Shown piece by piece: positions 24,364 to 35,824 of a DNA stretch of 64,000 bases; the first letter of the stretch is position 1, and every line of letters begins with the position of its first letter. The stretch is from NCBI GenBank assembly GCA_031216635.1, contig CM062276.1, forward strand, positions 7,427,185 through 7,491,184. The letters run 5' to 3'. The notes beneath the pieces are model-generated. The model was not told the origin of the DNA, did not search any database, and worked only from the letters and a program-made list of their open reading frames with translations. The position numbers and the translations under genes are program-made. Origin of the DNA: Dissostichus eleginoides (taxonomy: Eukaryota).

Positions 24364-24443
24364 CTCCACGGATTGGTCCATTTGGTTCCGGGTACGAGCT
24401 GACGTCAGCTCGTACCCGGAACCAAACGGACCCATCCGTGGAG
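24364..24443. repeat. 80-bp near-perfect palindrome centred on TGACGTCA, preceded by a 22-bp perfect palindrome GATTGGTCAATTTGGACCAATC (24296-24321) containing two CCAAT/ATTGG boxes
   Basis: The left arm CTCCACGGATTGGTCCATTTGGTTCCGGGTACGAGCTGACG is the reverse complement of the right arm with two mismatches. Confidence 0.8.
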
Positions 24444-24762
24444 CAAAGAAAGAAACTGAGAAATCTCCAACGAGGCATTTTGGGGAGGAATTTTCTATGT
24501 TAGAGTTTTACTCGCTACAGGGTGTACTTTGAGGGTTTGTGACTCTGCAGACCGTTTACATGCATAAAAACCTACATAACACACAAGGGGATGGGTAATA
24601 ACCAGAAAAGCATGACACCTCTCCTTTAAAGTAACACACTGATTTTCAGACTTTAAAAACACATTTATTTCAAAACTATGGGATTTACCTGCTTACCATT
24701 CCATTTTGTCACTACCGAAAACGATCACGTCAATTACCGAAACGTATCCATATGTTTCGGTA

Positions 24763-24807
24763 GTAACTGTTTCGGTAGTAACTGTTTCGGTAGTGACGAT
24801 TCTAGCT
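24763..24807 (+). repeat. 3 x 15-bp tandem repeat (TGTTTCGGTAGTRAC) with inverted copies nearby (CTACCGAAAC at 24711-24750)
   Basis: Direct triplet. The motif recurs at 21650, 24940 and 25090. Confidence 0.7.
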
Positions 24808-25411
24808 AAAATTGAGCATAACTAAAGAATGCTAGCAAGTACATGGCTAGCATACACGTCTTTGAAGAGGTTTACACACATAAAAACCTAATACTTTGCA
24901 TAAAACCCCGAAAAAGTTTACTTAATTGAAGATAATAATGTGTTCGGTAGTGACAATTCTTAAGGTTACACGCCGATTTTCAGATTTTGGATTTTTGTGT
25001 TTAAATAGACCATAACATATTCTTAGTAAATATCTATGTCTGAATACTCAATTGTTTTGTTAAATAGTTTTTCTTGTTGTGGGACCGCACTTTACTAATT
25101 CGGTAGAATGCCCCATATACACAATCAAAAGACACATTTATACATATGCACACATTAAGACCTAAATAAAAGCGAAACAATCAATATACAAAATAACAGT
25201 CACTTCAATATCTTTGAGAATGTACATTAGTGCAAGACTGTCCATAGCAGCGTAAAAAAAGTTTCTGGTGCTCCGTAGTTATTGACAATCTAGCATTTGA
25301 ATATTGATTGTTAAATATTTTATGCAATGCATTAAATGTGTCTGCAAAATATGGAAAAAGCTTTTTAAAAGATACTTGAGATGTTTAATACATTTCGTTT
25401 TGTGCCTGCAG

Positions 25412-25540
25412 GTTGTTGTCACCCTGAGTTTGTCCTACATGGTGGGAACAATTGCCTCCTTCCACGACACCACCTCTGTGGTCATCACTATGGGAGTAAC
25501 GCTGGCCGTAACCGTGGCAATCATCGTTTTCTCTGCACAG
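25412..25540 (+). CDS. TMBIM-family exon 3 (VVVTLSLSYMVGTIASFHDTTSVVITMGVTLAVTVAIIVFSAQ)
   Basis: GT-AG bounded, 43 codons, colinear with the FAIM2 TM3-TM4 region. Confidence 0.85.
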
Positions 25541-25852
25541 GTCAGAAACCAGGCAGTGCATCCTGTTCTGTGTTTACCAAAGGCAAAGAAACGTGCAAAC
25601 TGTTAAACTGCTTTACATATCAGTTTTGAAGTTATAGCTCTCACCTTTTATTTGTAAAGAAATTGAGAATTTGACTTGTACTAGAATCAGAGGAGGCAAA
25701 ATGTGAATGTAAGCATGAAAAAATGTGTCGATAAATTGATAGAAAGAAGATCAAATGTAAGTAGTAGATAAGAATAGGTAAAAAGCTTTCAATATACTGA
25801 CCAAAAGCTCTTCAGGATGTAATGTACCTATGTGTTCCTGTTTTTACTCCAG

Positions 25853-25996
25853 ACTCGTTATGATTTCACTGTTTGCTACGGTGTCCTGCTGATTCTGTCC
25901 GTGGACCTGATCATGTTCGGGATCTTCTCGACCTTTTACTCCTCCTACCTCGGTGACATCGCCTATGGATGTTTTGGTGCTCTGCTGTATTCACTG
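25853..25996 (+). CDS. TMBIM-family exon 4 (TRYDFTVCYGVLLILSVDLIMFGIFSTFYSSYLGDIAYGCFGALLYSL)
   Basis: Acceptor ccag|ACT and donor CTG|GTATGG, 48 codons. TKFDFTSCQGVLFVL... in FAIM2 is the equivalent region. Confidence 0.85.
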
Positions 25997-26511
25997 GTAT
26001 GGGAGAAAATAACCATTTCTATATGTATAGTCATTTAAATTGATTGTGTGTTGAATTTGCATTATCCCCCTTTTATTGCACAATCTCATCGTTGTACCTT
26101 TAATCTAAATGTATTTTTTATGTATTTTACTGGTAACTGTATGCTGTGTGATATACATTTTCTGTGAAATGTCTATGTGAAGCACATTGAACCGCACTTA
26201 TTGTATGAAAGGTGCTATACAAATAAAGATTATTATTATTATTTACTGGAAGTACCTCGTCACCTTCTGTCTAAAACCATTAAGAGCCCAGTCTGCTATG
26301 ATTGGTTAGCTGGCCGTCTGTGTTCTGATTGGTTGACTGCAATTCAGCCATCATTGTTTTGATTATTTACCTGTGCTTTTTCTTCTGTGACATGTCAAAT
26401 GTCTTCCATGACAACACTGTATTATAACACATTTCATGATTTACTATTAGTTATCTGGTGGTGCTCTCTCACCCAGTCCTAACTCTTCCTCCTCCTCCTC
26501 TTCCCCTTCAG

Positions 26512-26646
26512 TTCCTGATGATCGACTGTCAGCTGATGATGGGGGCGATGAGCTACCGTCTGGATCCAGAGGAATACATCAACGCTGCTCTCAACATCTA
26601 CCTCGACGTAATGCTCATCTTCCTCTACCTGCTGGGGAGGAGGTGA
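26512..26646 (+). CDS. TMBIM-family last exon (FLMIDCQLMMGAMSYRLDPEEYINAALNIYLDVMLIFLYLLGRR, stop)
   Basis: Acceptor ttcag|TTC, 44 codons plus TGA at 26644-26646. It matches the Bax-inhibitor/Lifeguard C-terminal signature (DTQLLMG...SPEEYIFGALNIYLDIIYIF). Confidence 0.85.
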   Translation, partial: FLMIDCQLMMGAMSYRLDPEEYINAALNIYLDVMLIFLYLLGRR

Positions 26647-26650
26647 AACT

Positions 26651-26815
<165 letters not shown>

Positions 26816-28034
26816 CTGTACCCACATGTACTTTATTATTGTGATTACTATGTATATACTGTAAATCCTATTTTAACTGACAATGAAAGAATGATTATTA
26901 TTGTTTTAAAAACTGCATACACAAAATACATTTACACACCGACACACACACTCCAAACTGTAACCACATGTAAAATGTACTTTATTATTGTGATTACTAT
27001 GTATATACTGTAAATCCTGTTTAAACTGACAATGAAAGAATGATTATTATTGTTTTACATAAACACGTTTTTTTTGTACAATTGTAACAGTATCTGTTAT
27101 TTTTTCACACATACAGAAATTTGACTCGACAATTATCAAAACAGATGAAAACGTTTACTTCCAATTAGATGCATTCACTAGAATTTAGGTAATTATTCAG
27201 TAGAAATGCTCACGTCCAACTTGCCTAAAGAAACTTCCAGATCATTATGTTATAAAAGTCAGACGATGATACTCCAATAGATCCACATAAGGCCATTTGT
27301 GTTTCATGAGCAGCACACATTGCAAACAAAAACCCACATAGATGTGAGGACGTACGTGATATAAAGAAATATAGACAAAAGAGTAGTGCAAAAAGTCGAG
27401 CATATCTTTTCTTATAACGTGAACTTATTCTCTTCTTTTTGACTTATCAAAGTTAATTGGACTAACAGTCAGCATATATTTGACAGGGTCTCACATCACT
27501 TTCTTTAAAAAGATCGAAGATGCAATGTTGTATTCAGAGAGAAAACACAATGTAGAAAAAGTAGCATTTTTCTTACTTAAATTCAAAATTAACATTCAAA
27601 TGTACTTTTTGTGTCTGTTGTTTAAGCATTGCTTGTATTACACTTCATTCAGGATGTTAATGTAGGGATGCAAATAATTCATCTGACAATCGTGTGAGCT
27701 TTAAATCCAAAAAACGGTCTATAAAATGTCAAACTGGGAAGAAAATGCAAAGTCTAAACATTCAAAGCCGTAAAACCCACAGATATAACATATGAGAAAG
27801 AAAAGCTTCAATCATTTTCAGCATTGACGAAATAAACAATATCTTTTTGGGATAGTTGCCAACGGACAAATATTTGCAGCTCTCCATCACAAAATAAACA
27901 TTCCCCGAGTAACTGCAAAGCTTCACGGTGTCACATCCTAAACCAAAGAACCAGAATATAACTGTAAATGAACAATGACTGGAGATTTGTGGAGAGAAAA
28001 CCTCCAGATTTCTTCATCTCCTTTCTGTGTTGCT

Positions 28035-28194
28035 TCACCAAAGGGACGAGTAGTTGAACTTGATCCGCAGCAGGTACTTCATGCGGGTCTGGGCGGGGTT
28101 GTAAACGATGAACTCGTTGTACAGGAGGTGGTAACGGCCGTCGCTGCTCGCCCCCGTCTTCCCCCCCGGACCCATAGGCACCGTCATGCCGTCC
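28035..28194 (-). CDS. parp2: PARP2 orthologue, last coding exon (…DGMTVPMGPGGKTGASSDGRYHLLYNEFIVYNPAQTRMKYLLRIKFNYSSLW, stop)
   Basis: Acceptor tttctcag. The C-terminus closely matches human PARP2 (...YTLNYNEYIVYNPNQVRMRYLLKVQFNFLQLW), including the catalytic Glu of the HYE triad. Confidence 0.85.
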
Positions 28195-29429
28195 CTGAGA
28201 AATAGAGAGGGACACAATCAAAACTAGAAAAAATGCATTTCCTGCTGAAAATGCGTGCGAATGCTGTAAGCCGTGTACATGTGTTGCTGAACTGAAAGCT
28301 GAATATTTTAATAGCTGAATGGTGTCTGTAGCTGCATTTAGCTACACACACACCAAGTAAGTGTGTTGCTGAACTCAGCGGAGAAATGCAGAAAAGTGAA
28401 ACGATTTGCTCAGCATTCGCACTAAATATGCATATAATAATAACAATCATCAATTTGATTTATAAGCACACTTTTCATTTCAGTAAACAAAACTCAAAGT
28501 GCTACAGAGTAAAATGGTTGAAACAAAACAACAAAAATAATATATATATATATATATAATAAAGTAAACAACAGAATAAAAACAGTGACGTTTAGGCTGG
28601 CATGGCAACAAGTGGGGGTTTTAAAGATCTAGTAAAAGGCTAGATATATATTTAAGGACCTCTCTGGTGGTTTTAAATAATAATTGCAAGTTGCCTTCCC
28701 TTTGTGATACTTATTCTCTCAGAGTTTCCAGGTTCAGTCCATGTCAGCATGCAACAACAATTATTTATATTATCAATGAGTGCAATACTTCTGTTTTTCT
28801 CAGTCAATTGATTAATCGTCAGGTCGAGAAAACTTGTGGAAAAGGAATCCCTTTTTGTCGCCTTTTAATATAAATATTAGAGATTTTGGTACCACAAGAT
28901 TCTGGCTGGGAATGACTGACAATAGCCAATTCATTTCCTGATTAAGATCTTTTGTAGGTAATGGGCTAAAACAGGGGCTGCAACTAATACTTTTTTTTTA
29001 ATAATCTGCCAGTTATTAATGGTTTGGTCTATAACACATGAGAAAACAGTGAAATAATGCCTGTACAGCTAAAGGAAATGTCTTTAAATGTCCAAAAATA
29101 TTCAGTTAACCATCAGGTTCAGAACATTCTCACATTTGAGAATGCAGAACAATTGAATGTTTGTCATTTTTGGCTTTAAAAAAGTGTCAGAAGTCCATTA
29201 TTATGTTTCTAAATGTTAAAAATTCTGAATGTAAGGTCTACCATAATGTACACAGATAAAAGTCACTATATATTGTTTCTAATCTAATTAATTAGTTAAT
29301 TACTCACTGTAGCTGTAGCTAAAACATAAAATGCAGCACTCTCTGTTGAGGATTTGAAGGGTGACACTTCATGAAATGTTATGCTTCATGCTTAGGGAAC
29401 TGCTCTCTATATAGAAACAGTATATGTTC

Positions 29430-31310
29430 CAGTGGCGAGCCGTCGGGGCCCTCTGGGCCCTCTCTGAGGGCCTAAGATATTCTAAAAAATAATATTTGAA
29501 AACATAAAAAAACAAACATTTAATTTTTTTTTTTTTTTAAATATTTTGTTTTAAATATTTTTCATTAGTTTTACCTAAATAACTTGATTTAATTGTATTT
29601 AAAATAACATTTCCGAAGAAATAAATCTTTCGAATCTGCCTGTTCAGTTTCTGTTGGAATGTGAAGGGTTAAATGCCGTCTCTGCGAGTTATGTGAAGAC
29701 GGGAGAGCTTGTTGGTCCCTCTGTATAGAGAACCGCAGTGACGCGTCCTAAAACCCGGAAGTAAGTTAGCATTTTTACCACTTCCGGTTCCTTCGTCAAA
29801 AAGCAATGCAATTTCTCCATAGGGTTTTGGAAAATAGCTCCAAATAAGGTCTGTGTTTGACACAAAATTAAGATATAGATCACGTTTTGTTCTACCACAT
29901 TAAATACATCAGCAGTGACCCCGCTGGTGATTTCTGAAGAGTTTACGTGTCGGAAAAACGATGGTTGTTAACAAGTGGCATTAGTGGACTACAGAAATGG
30001 TCGAGGCCGTTGTACGTCATTACGCCGATTACGTAAACACTCCCGCTAAATTTCTTTCCCCCTGTGTTCTGCTTGAAAGAGAGTATATGCCTATCTTAAG
30101 TATCTGTAGTATCTTTAGTATCTATATCTTTATCTGACCATCATCATTTATAGTCAGTTGAGGCGATCTTAAGTTGGCGTGACGTTGAGTAGTGCGACCC
30201 TGCCGTTCTAGCTTGTAGTTCCTTTATAGCATAACGTTAGCATTTTGCTTCTGGCGACTAGATTTATGATTCGAAAATTATAAAAGTAGCGTAGATATGT
30301 GGAGATTATCTGGCTGAACAAAACGTGATCCCTCTCTTAAATGTGTTTCAACCACAGACCTTATTTTGAGCTATTTTCCAAAACCCTATGGAGAAATTGC
30401 ATTGTTTTTTGACGATGGAACCGGAAGAAGTTTACTTCCGGGTTTTAGGACGCGTCACTGCGGTTCCCTATACACAAAGGACCAGCTATAGTAACTGGAC
30501 GAGAGAGTAATGTCAAGTGAAATTGACCAATTGACCAATCATATCTTCCCTCTAAATGGGTGGGCTTCATTTTCGCGGACTTTATGACAAGTTCCGCCCG
30601 CTGTGAAGTCTATGCAAGTGGTGCAGTGACGCGTCCTAAACCCCGGAAGTAAGCTGCTGGTTTCCTCGACAACAAAGCAACGGGATTTCTCCATAGGGTT
30701 TTGGAAAATAGCTCGAAATAAGGTCAGTGGAAAACGAACCTGTTAGATAAATGCACGTTTTGTTCAGCCGGATAATATCCACATGTCTACCCTACTTTTA
30801 TAATTTTCGAGTCATAAATCTAATCGATAGATTTCTGATTAGCATAAGTTCGTTCATGATGGCTCACGTCAGTGATAGTGATGAAATCGTTGCGAAATTA
30901 TTAACCAAGTCATTTTCAAGATTGAGTTACAATGATAAATTGGAGTGGCAAAGGATCAGCTGCATGACCCGCCATCAAGTGCTTCATCCAAAAGGACAGG
31001 AGGATGGACTTTGTGTTTCAGTGATTTGATCATCAAAGGTAGGCCTGAGTCATTTTCAAAGTGGGCCGCCGTGCCGACTTAATTTATTTTTAATTGTTAC
31101 TTGGCTGTGGGTGCCCTGTCATGATAGGTGTTTAGATAAATGGTGTTGTTTTGTGTGGTAGAGGGTCGCTGTCATTGATGCGTTTTGCACCCCGGACCGC
31201 TGTTTTGATATTCCGTTGAAGTATACGCTGTGACGTAATAACTCTTCTTTTTTTTCGAGGGAAGGGGGGGGGTCAGAGGGCCTAGGTATAAAAGTCACGG
31301 CTCGCCACTG
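29430..31310 (+). mobile_element. Non-autonomous hAT-superfamily element (1881 bp) with termini CAGTGGCGAGCCGT.../...ACGGCTCGCCACTG and a perfect 8-bp TSD ATATGTTC; the interior is built from long inverted and direct sub-repeats
   Basis: ATATGTTC at 29422-29429 and 31311-31318. Internal about 200-bp arms at 29690-29890 and 30290-30500 are reverse complements, and a third direct copy lies at 30620-30800. Confidence 0.8.
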
Positions 31311-31935
31311 ATATGTTCAGACTGTGAAATGTACAGAGAGAAGACGCATCAGAGCTGAACACAGGGGGTCAAACCAGGTCAGTCCATTAGTCTGAGTCGC
31401 AGACAGAGTTCACTGTTCAGTGTGTGGACTTTCAGCTGAATGGTTTTACTCCAAAGTGCCTCTTTCTGGAGCAAACCCATGTGACCTTTCTATGGAGTGC
31501 TTGAAATAACTGTAAACAGTAAAAAGCTTCGGTAGTTTGTCATCACTCTGAGGATATTCAAGTCCCTGAGCTTTACGTACTGCTCTGAATGATGCCTTGT
31601 TGTAAAACATATATAACAAAAGTCTGTGCATTATTATGTGACATTAATAGGAAAGCATCCCTTTTGCCATTTACAAACATAGAAACACAGTTGTAATTTC
31701 CTATTTGTTCACATAGGAAATTAGATTGTAATTCAACAATATGATGCTTTATTCTATATTAATTATTGTATTGTTTGTTCTAATATTACATGTGTTCCTT
31801 CGTGTCTTTTATTTAATTGTTCTGAATACATTCTTGGTTAATGTAATCAACAAACGTCCTCTCTCAGATGTTTTAAATATGTTGTTGTGTAACGTGATTG
31901 GCCTGTATGAGATGTATGAGTGTAATGAGACGTAC

Positions 31936-32060
31936 AGAGTGACAGCGTTCTTGGGGTCGGGTCCGGTCTGTCCGAGGCCCTTCGTGCTGTGTTTCCCAGC
32001 TGGAAGATTTTGGGCTTCGTAGTCGGCCATCACCAGCTCGTTACAGTCTCCCAGGGCGAC
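31936..32060 (-). CDS. parp2: PARP2 catalytic-domain exon (VALGDCNELVMADYEAQNLPAGKHSTKGLGQTGPDPKNAVTL)
   Basis: Acceptor gtgtgcag and donor CT|GTACGT. Aligns with human VALGQCNELLEANPKAEGLLQGKHSTKGLGKMAPSSAHFVTL. Confidence 0.85.
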
Positions 32061-32062
32061 CT

Positions 32063-32090
32063 GCACACACACACACACACACACACAACA
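32063..32090 (+). repeat. (AC)n microsatellite abutting the PARP2 exon acceptor at 32060
   Basis: cacacacacacacacacacacaa immediately 5' of the exon on the minus strand. Confidence 0.85.
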
Positions 32091-33085
32091 CAGACACTGC
32101 TGCATTAAATCTAAGCAATGTGGCGTCAAATCATGTTGGTTTTACTGTTAATATGAGTATTGGCAGCTTTAAAGAGTCTGCTGTAGGAGCCACATGTTCA
32201 AATGTATGATTTGATATATTGTGTGTGTATATATAGATATAGTTGAACATTGTAATCATTTGTTAATATTATTATATCAGTTATTTAAACCAGCCGTCGT
32301 AAAATTGACGTCACTGCAGCTGCTGGTAATTAGAAGTGAGAAGGAGAAAAGAATCACGGAGCAACATCGTTTTTTGACCTTTGAAAATATGTGTTTGTAC
32401 GGATATCTTTTGTTTAAGTAAAGAGTCAACCAAACTTTCCTGAGACGTATTTTTGTTGGAGTCAAGCTTATTCATTTTTGGATTAGACGGAACTACATGA
32501 GTATTGGCAGCTTTAAAGAGTCTGATATAAACCCGTTAGCATCAACTACTGGCACAATTGGTTCCTGGAGCTTTTTTTATAATCAAATACATTTTCTAGG
32601 AGCTTAAATTCAGACTATACAGCTTTATTTATAACGCACTTTAAAACCTCCAGACCAAAGTGCTGTACAGTCAAATAAACAAACAAACAGCTCAGCTCAC
32701 ACACCATAAAACAAGTACAAGTAAAAACAAAAGAAAATTTAAAAGCAACAATCTACAAGATGTCAAAACTCTCAGGAGAAGAGGTGGGTTTTAAGAAGCG
32801 ATTTAAAAGCAGACAGTGACACGTTACTTTTTCCCTTCATTTAATCTGTTGTTCTGGCCTGAATGTGACGTTCAAATCATGTTGGTTTTACTGTTAATAT
32901 GAGTATTGGCAGCTTTAAAGAGTCTGATATAAACCTGTAGGCACCAACTACTGGCAACATTTCTTCTTGGAGCTTTTTTTAATTTAAATAAGCTTAAATT
33001 CAGACTACTGACACGTTACCTTTTCCCTCCATTGAATCTGTTGTTCTGGCTGAATGTGTGTAAATATGATGTGAAACCAACTCAC

Positions 33086-33184
33086 CTCACTCAGCAGCAG
33101 CAGTCCAGTGTGGTTGTTCTGATTGGCAAAGCAGTAGTTGGCACTCTTTGATGACATGTCAGCAAAGTAGATACCTTTTCCAAA
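33086..33184 (-). CDS. parp2: PARP2 catalytic exon ([33 protein letters not shown])
   Basis: 33 codons, donor GAG|GTGAGT. Near-identical to human [33 protein letters not shown] and contains the catalytic Tyr. Confidence 0.9.
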
Positions 33185-33811
33185 CTAGAGGCAAGACAAT
33201 CAGGAACATTAAGAGCACTGGAATACAAATATAGTGCTGTATTCATAGTTTAAAGTGATATACAGACGCCTAAATGCAGACAATGCATTATTTTTGACTT
33301 GTGACAATGCACTTTTTTAAATAATAAAGGCAGAGGACTTGAGAATAAACTGAAATACAGTATATGTATGTGTTGGGAAAATACTGAATGTACTCTTCCA
33401 ATATCAGAGTACACATGATAACAAAGGCCCTACGTAGCTGTGTACATGACAGGATGTATGATTACCTAGAAGAGCATCAGGACTGTTTTAGGCATATGAT
33501 AGCTATGTGATTAACATGATGATTCAGCCTCTATGGAGATAAACATATGACAAGCAGGATCATTTCTGACGTGGAGCTAATCTGAACTAAACATTGAATA
33601 CTGCTTTCTATTTCTCCATCTTGTGACTGTGTAACTCCCTCTCTTGTATATCAGCATGTGAAGGACACTGTTCAGGAACTAGTTGATGCTCTGTATGTGA
33701 TGACTACTTCCATTCTTGAGAGGATCATAAATACATGGATCCTGATATTGAAGCTCAAGCCGGTGACGAGTGATATTTTTCTAACAGTATGAATCTGTGC
33801 ATCCCTCCTAC

Positions 33812-33911
33812 CATGTATCCAGTGACGGGGGCTTCGGGGGGGGCCACTCTGAGCCCCTGACTGAGGATGCCGCACCAGTTAGAGAGACGGGACCCATGCC
33901 ACAACAGAGTC
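33812..33911 (-). CDS. parp2: PARP2 catalytic exon ([34 protein letters not shown])
   Basis: Acceptor tctcaccag and donor ATG|GTAGGA. Aligns with [33 protein letters not shown] (catalytic His). Confidence 0.9.
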
Positions 33912-33949
33912 CTGGTGAGACAGAACGAATAAAGTTATATCATCTAGAG

Positions 33950-34445
33950 CAGGGGTGTCCAAACCTTTTTCACCGAGGGCCGCATACAGAAAAATATACG
34001 AAGGGCTGGGCCACTCACTAGAGGTATACTGCCTCATAAGTTCAGTTATAAGTCAGCAAAGTCAATCAAATGTAGGTAAATGATGCTTAATACTTGAATA
34101 TGCTTTAAGAACAACAACAGACTACATCACAGCTCTCCAGAGGGTTTCATTTATTGTGTTAGCAGCTCATTCCTTAAAACAGGAGCCTCAGATTGATTAT
34201 CACAAGAGGAAATATGAAGGGTTTATTTCAAGCATGTTGTGAAAATAAGTTATTGGGCTTTTTTCTTATCAACTTAGATTTGATAGGAAACATTTAACTG
34301 ACTGACTCTGTTTGAAAAGTGGGCTTCTTAACACATGAATACTGTGTAATATCTGTTTTCATCTATATTTAAGAAGTACAACACAAGACAAGCACACGTT
34401 TCATCTGCGGGCCGTACTCCATTATACTTTTTGAATTTGCTGAAT
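33950..34445 (+). mobile_element. MITE family A, copy A2 (3' end truncated)
   Basis: Begins CAGGGGTGTCCAAACCTTTTTCACCGAGGGCCGCATACAG and is colinear with A1 for about 490 bp. Confidence 0.7.
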
Positions 34446-35153
34446 TTGCTGAAAATCAGCATGGCACACACAGCGATAGGCTGCTGCATCCCCGCTGTCT
34501 CACGGAGAGATACCGCAGGTCTTTCCTTCCTGCAGCAGTCAGACTATACAACCAGCACAGCCCCTAGTTGACCCCCCCCACACACACACACCACAACACA
34601 GACTATATCACCCCTTGCTGCTAAATACCAACAAACTATGTGCAATATATAAATGCCGTTAATAACTGTAATATATACCTGGCTGCTAAATCCTCAGAAC
34701 TGTTACAAGGTGTGTATTTTGTATTTTGTAAATTGTGTAACTTGCTGCTGTTAAATACCATCCACCTATGTGCAATGTGTGCTAGATGTGCAATATATAT
34801 AGATGCCGTTAATAACTGTGTAATATATACCTGGCTGCTAAATCCTCAGAACTGTTACAGGATGTGTATTTTTTTTAAATTATGTAACTTAACAAATTTT
34901 TTATTATATTTTTTATTATATCATAACTTAGTACTTTTTTTTTTAAATGCATGTCACATATTTAACATATGTAACATTAAGCTGTCTGTGGCTCTTTTTC
35001 CTGCTGTAACTACGCACATTTCCCCTCCGTGGGACTAATAAAGGTATTCTGATTCTGATTGTATCCAAGTCAACATGAATCAGTAATGATATTTGATCGA
35101 AGCCTCAAGGTGTATTGAGAGTTGATTGAACCGTTCAGCCGGCTGTGGATCAC

Positions 35154-35280
35154 CTGTTGTGCATCTGAGAGAGGAAGTTGCTGGTTCCCCGGCTCGGTCC
35201 ACTGAGAAGATGTCGAGGACGGTCATGGTGTAGTCGTTATGGGTGGTGGCGTGAGTGGACTGAAGATACTTTTCTACCAC
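35154..35280 (-). CDS. parp2: PARP2 exon (VVEKYLQSTHATTHNDYTMTVLDIFSVDRAGE | SNFLSQMHNR), 127 nt with an apparent 1-nt deletion
   Basis: Matches KVIEKYLQSTHAPTHSDYTMTLLDLFEVEKDGEKEAFREDLHNR. The two halves are in different frames, and one extra A in ggggaacc (35184-35191) restores the frame. Confidence 0.8.
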
Positions 35281-35662
35281 CTTCACACAGAGGAGAGGAA
35301 AGGTTACAAGGAGACATTAACAACACTGGATACAGAAACAATCTTCAGATTAGTGAAGCTTCAGTTTCACCCGGTTTACTGTTTTGCATGGTTGTAAATC
35401 ACAGGTTTCATCACAACCATTTTAGTTCCATACTTTTGAAAGAGACTTCCACAATAGGATTTTGATTAAACTCATAAGGTCTATGAAAAGATATCAGCTG
35501 CCCATTTAAGACAATCACTTACATTCATATCACATAACAAAACACTACAACATGATTTGGCTATTTTGTCAAAGCGCATGTGAGATTTACAACCGATTTA
35601 GTCCAGACTCATGAATCTTTCTATCATTTTGCATTATAAGTTAAAAGTGTTTAACCGCTGAC

Positions 35663-35797
35663 CTGGAACTCGTTGGTGCCGGAGTCCAGAGGCTGCAGCT
35701 GGCACTGGAGCGAGGAGTACTGCCGGTCCACAGGATGTTCCTCACTGTCTCCACTCGACTGGACCATCTTCACCGCTATCTGAATTTCACTCAGAGC
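35663..35797 (-). CDS. parp2: PARP2 helical-domain exon (ALSEIQIAVKMVQSSGDSEEHPVDRQYSSLQCQLQPLDSGTNEFQ)
   Basis: 45 codons, GT-AG. Aligns with ALGDIEIAIKLVKTELQSPEHPLDQHYRNLHCALRPLDHESYEFK. Confidence 0.85.
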
Positions 35798-35824
35798 CTG
35801 GAAAAATAAAGAGACCACCAGATA

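Noticed and set aside
29690-30500. The about 200-bp inverted arms looked like a possible tRNA-derived SINE pair or a hairpin-RNA gene.
   Set aside because: No A-box or B-box pol III motifs were seen. The arms lie inside a larger element with its own TIRs and 8-bp TSD, so they are treated as internal structure of a non-autonomous hAT element.
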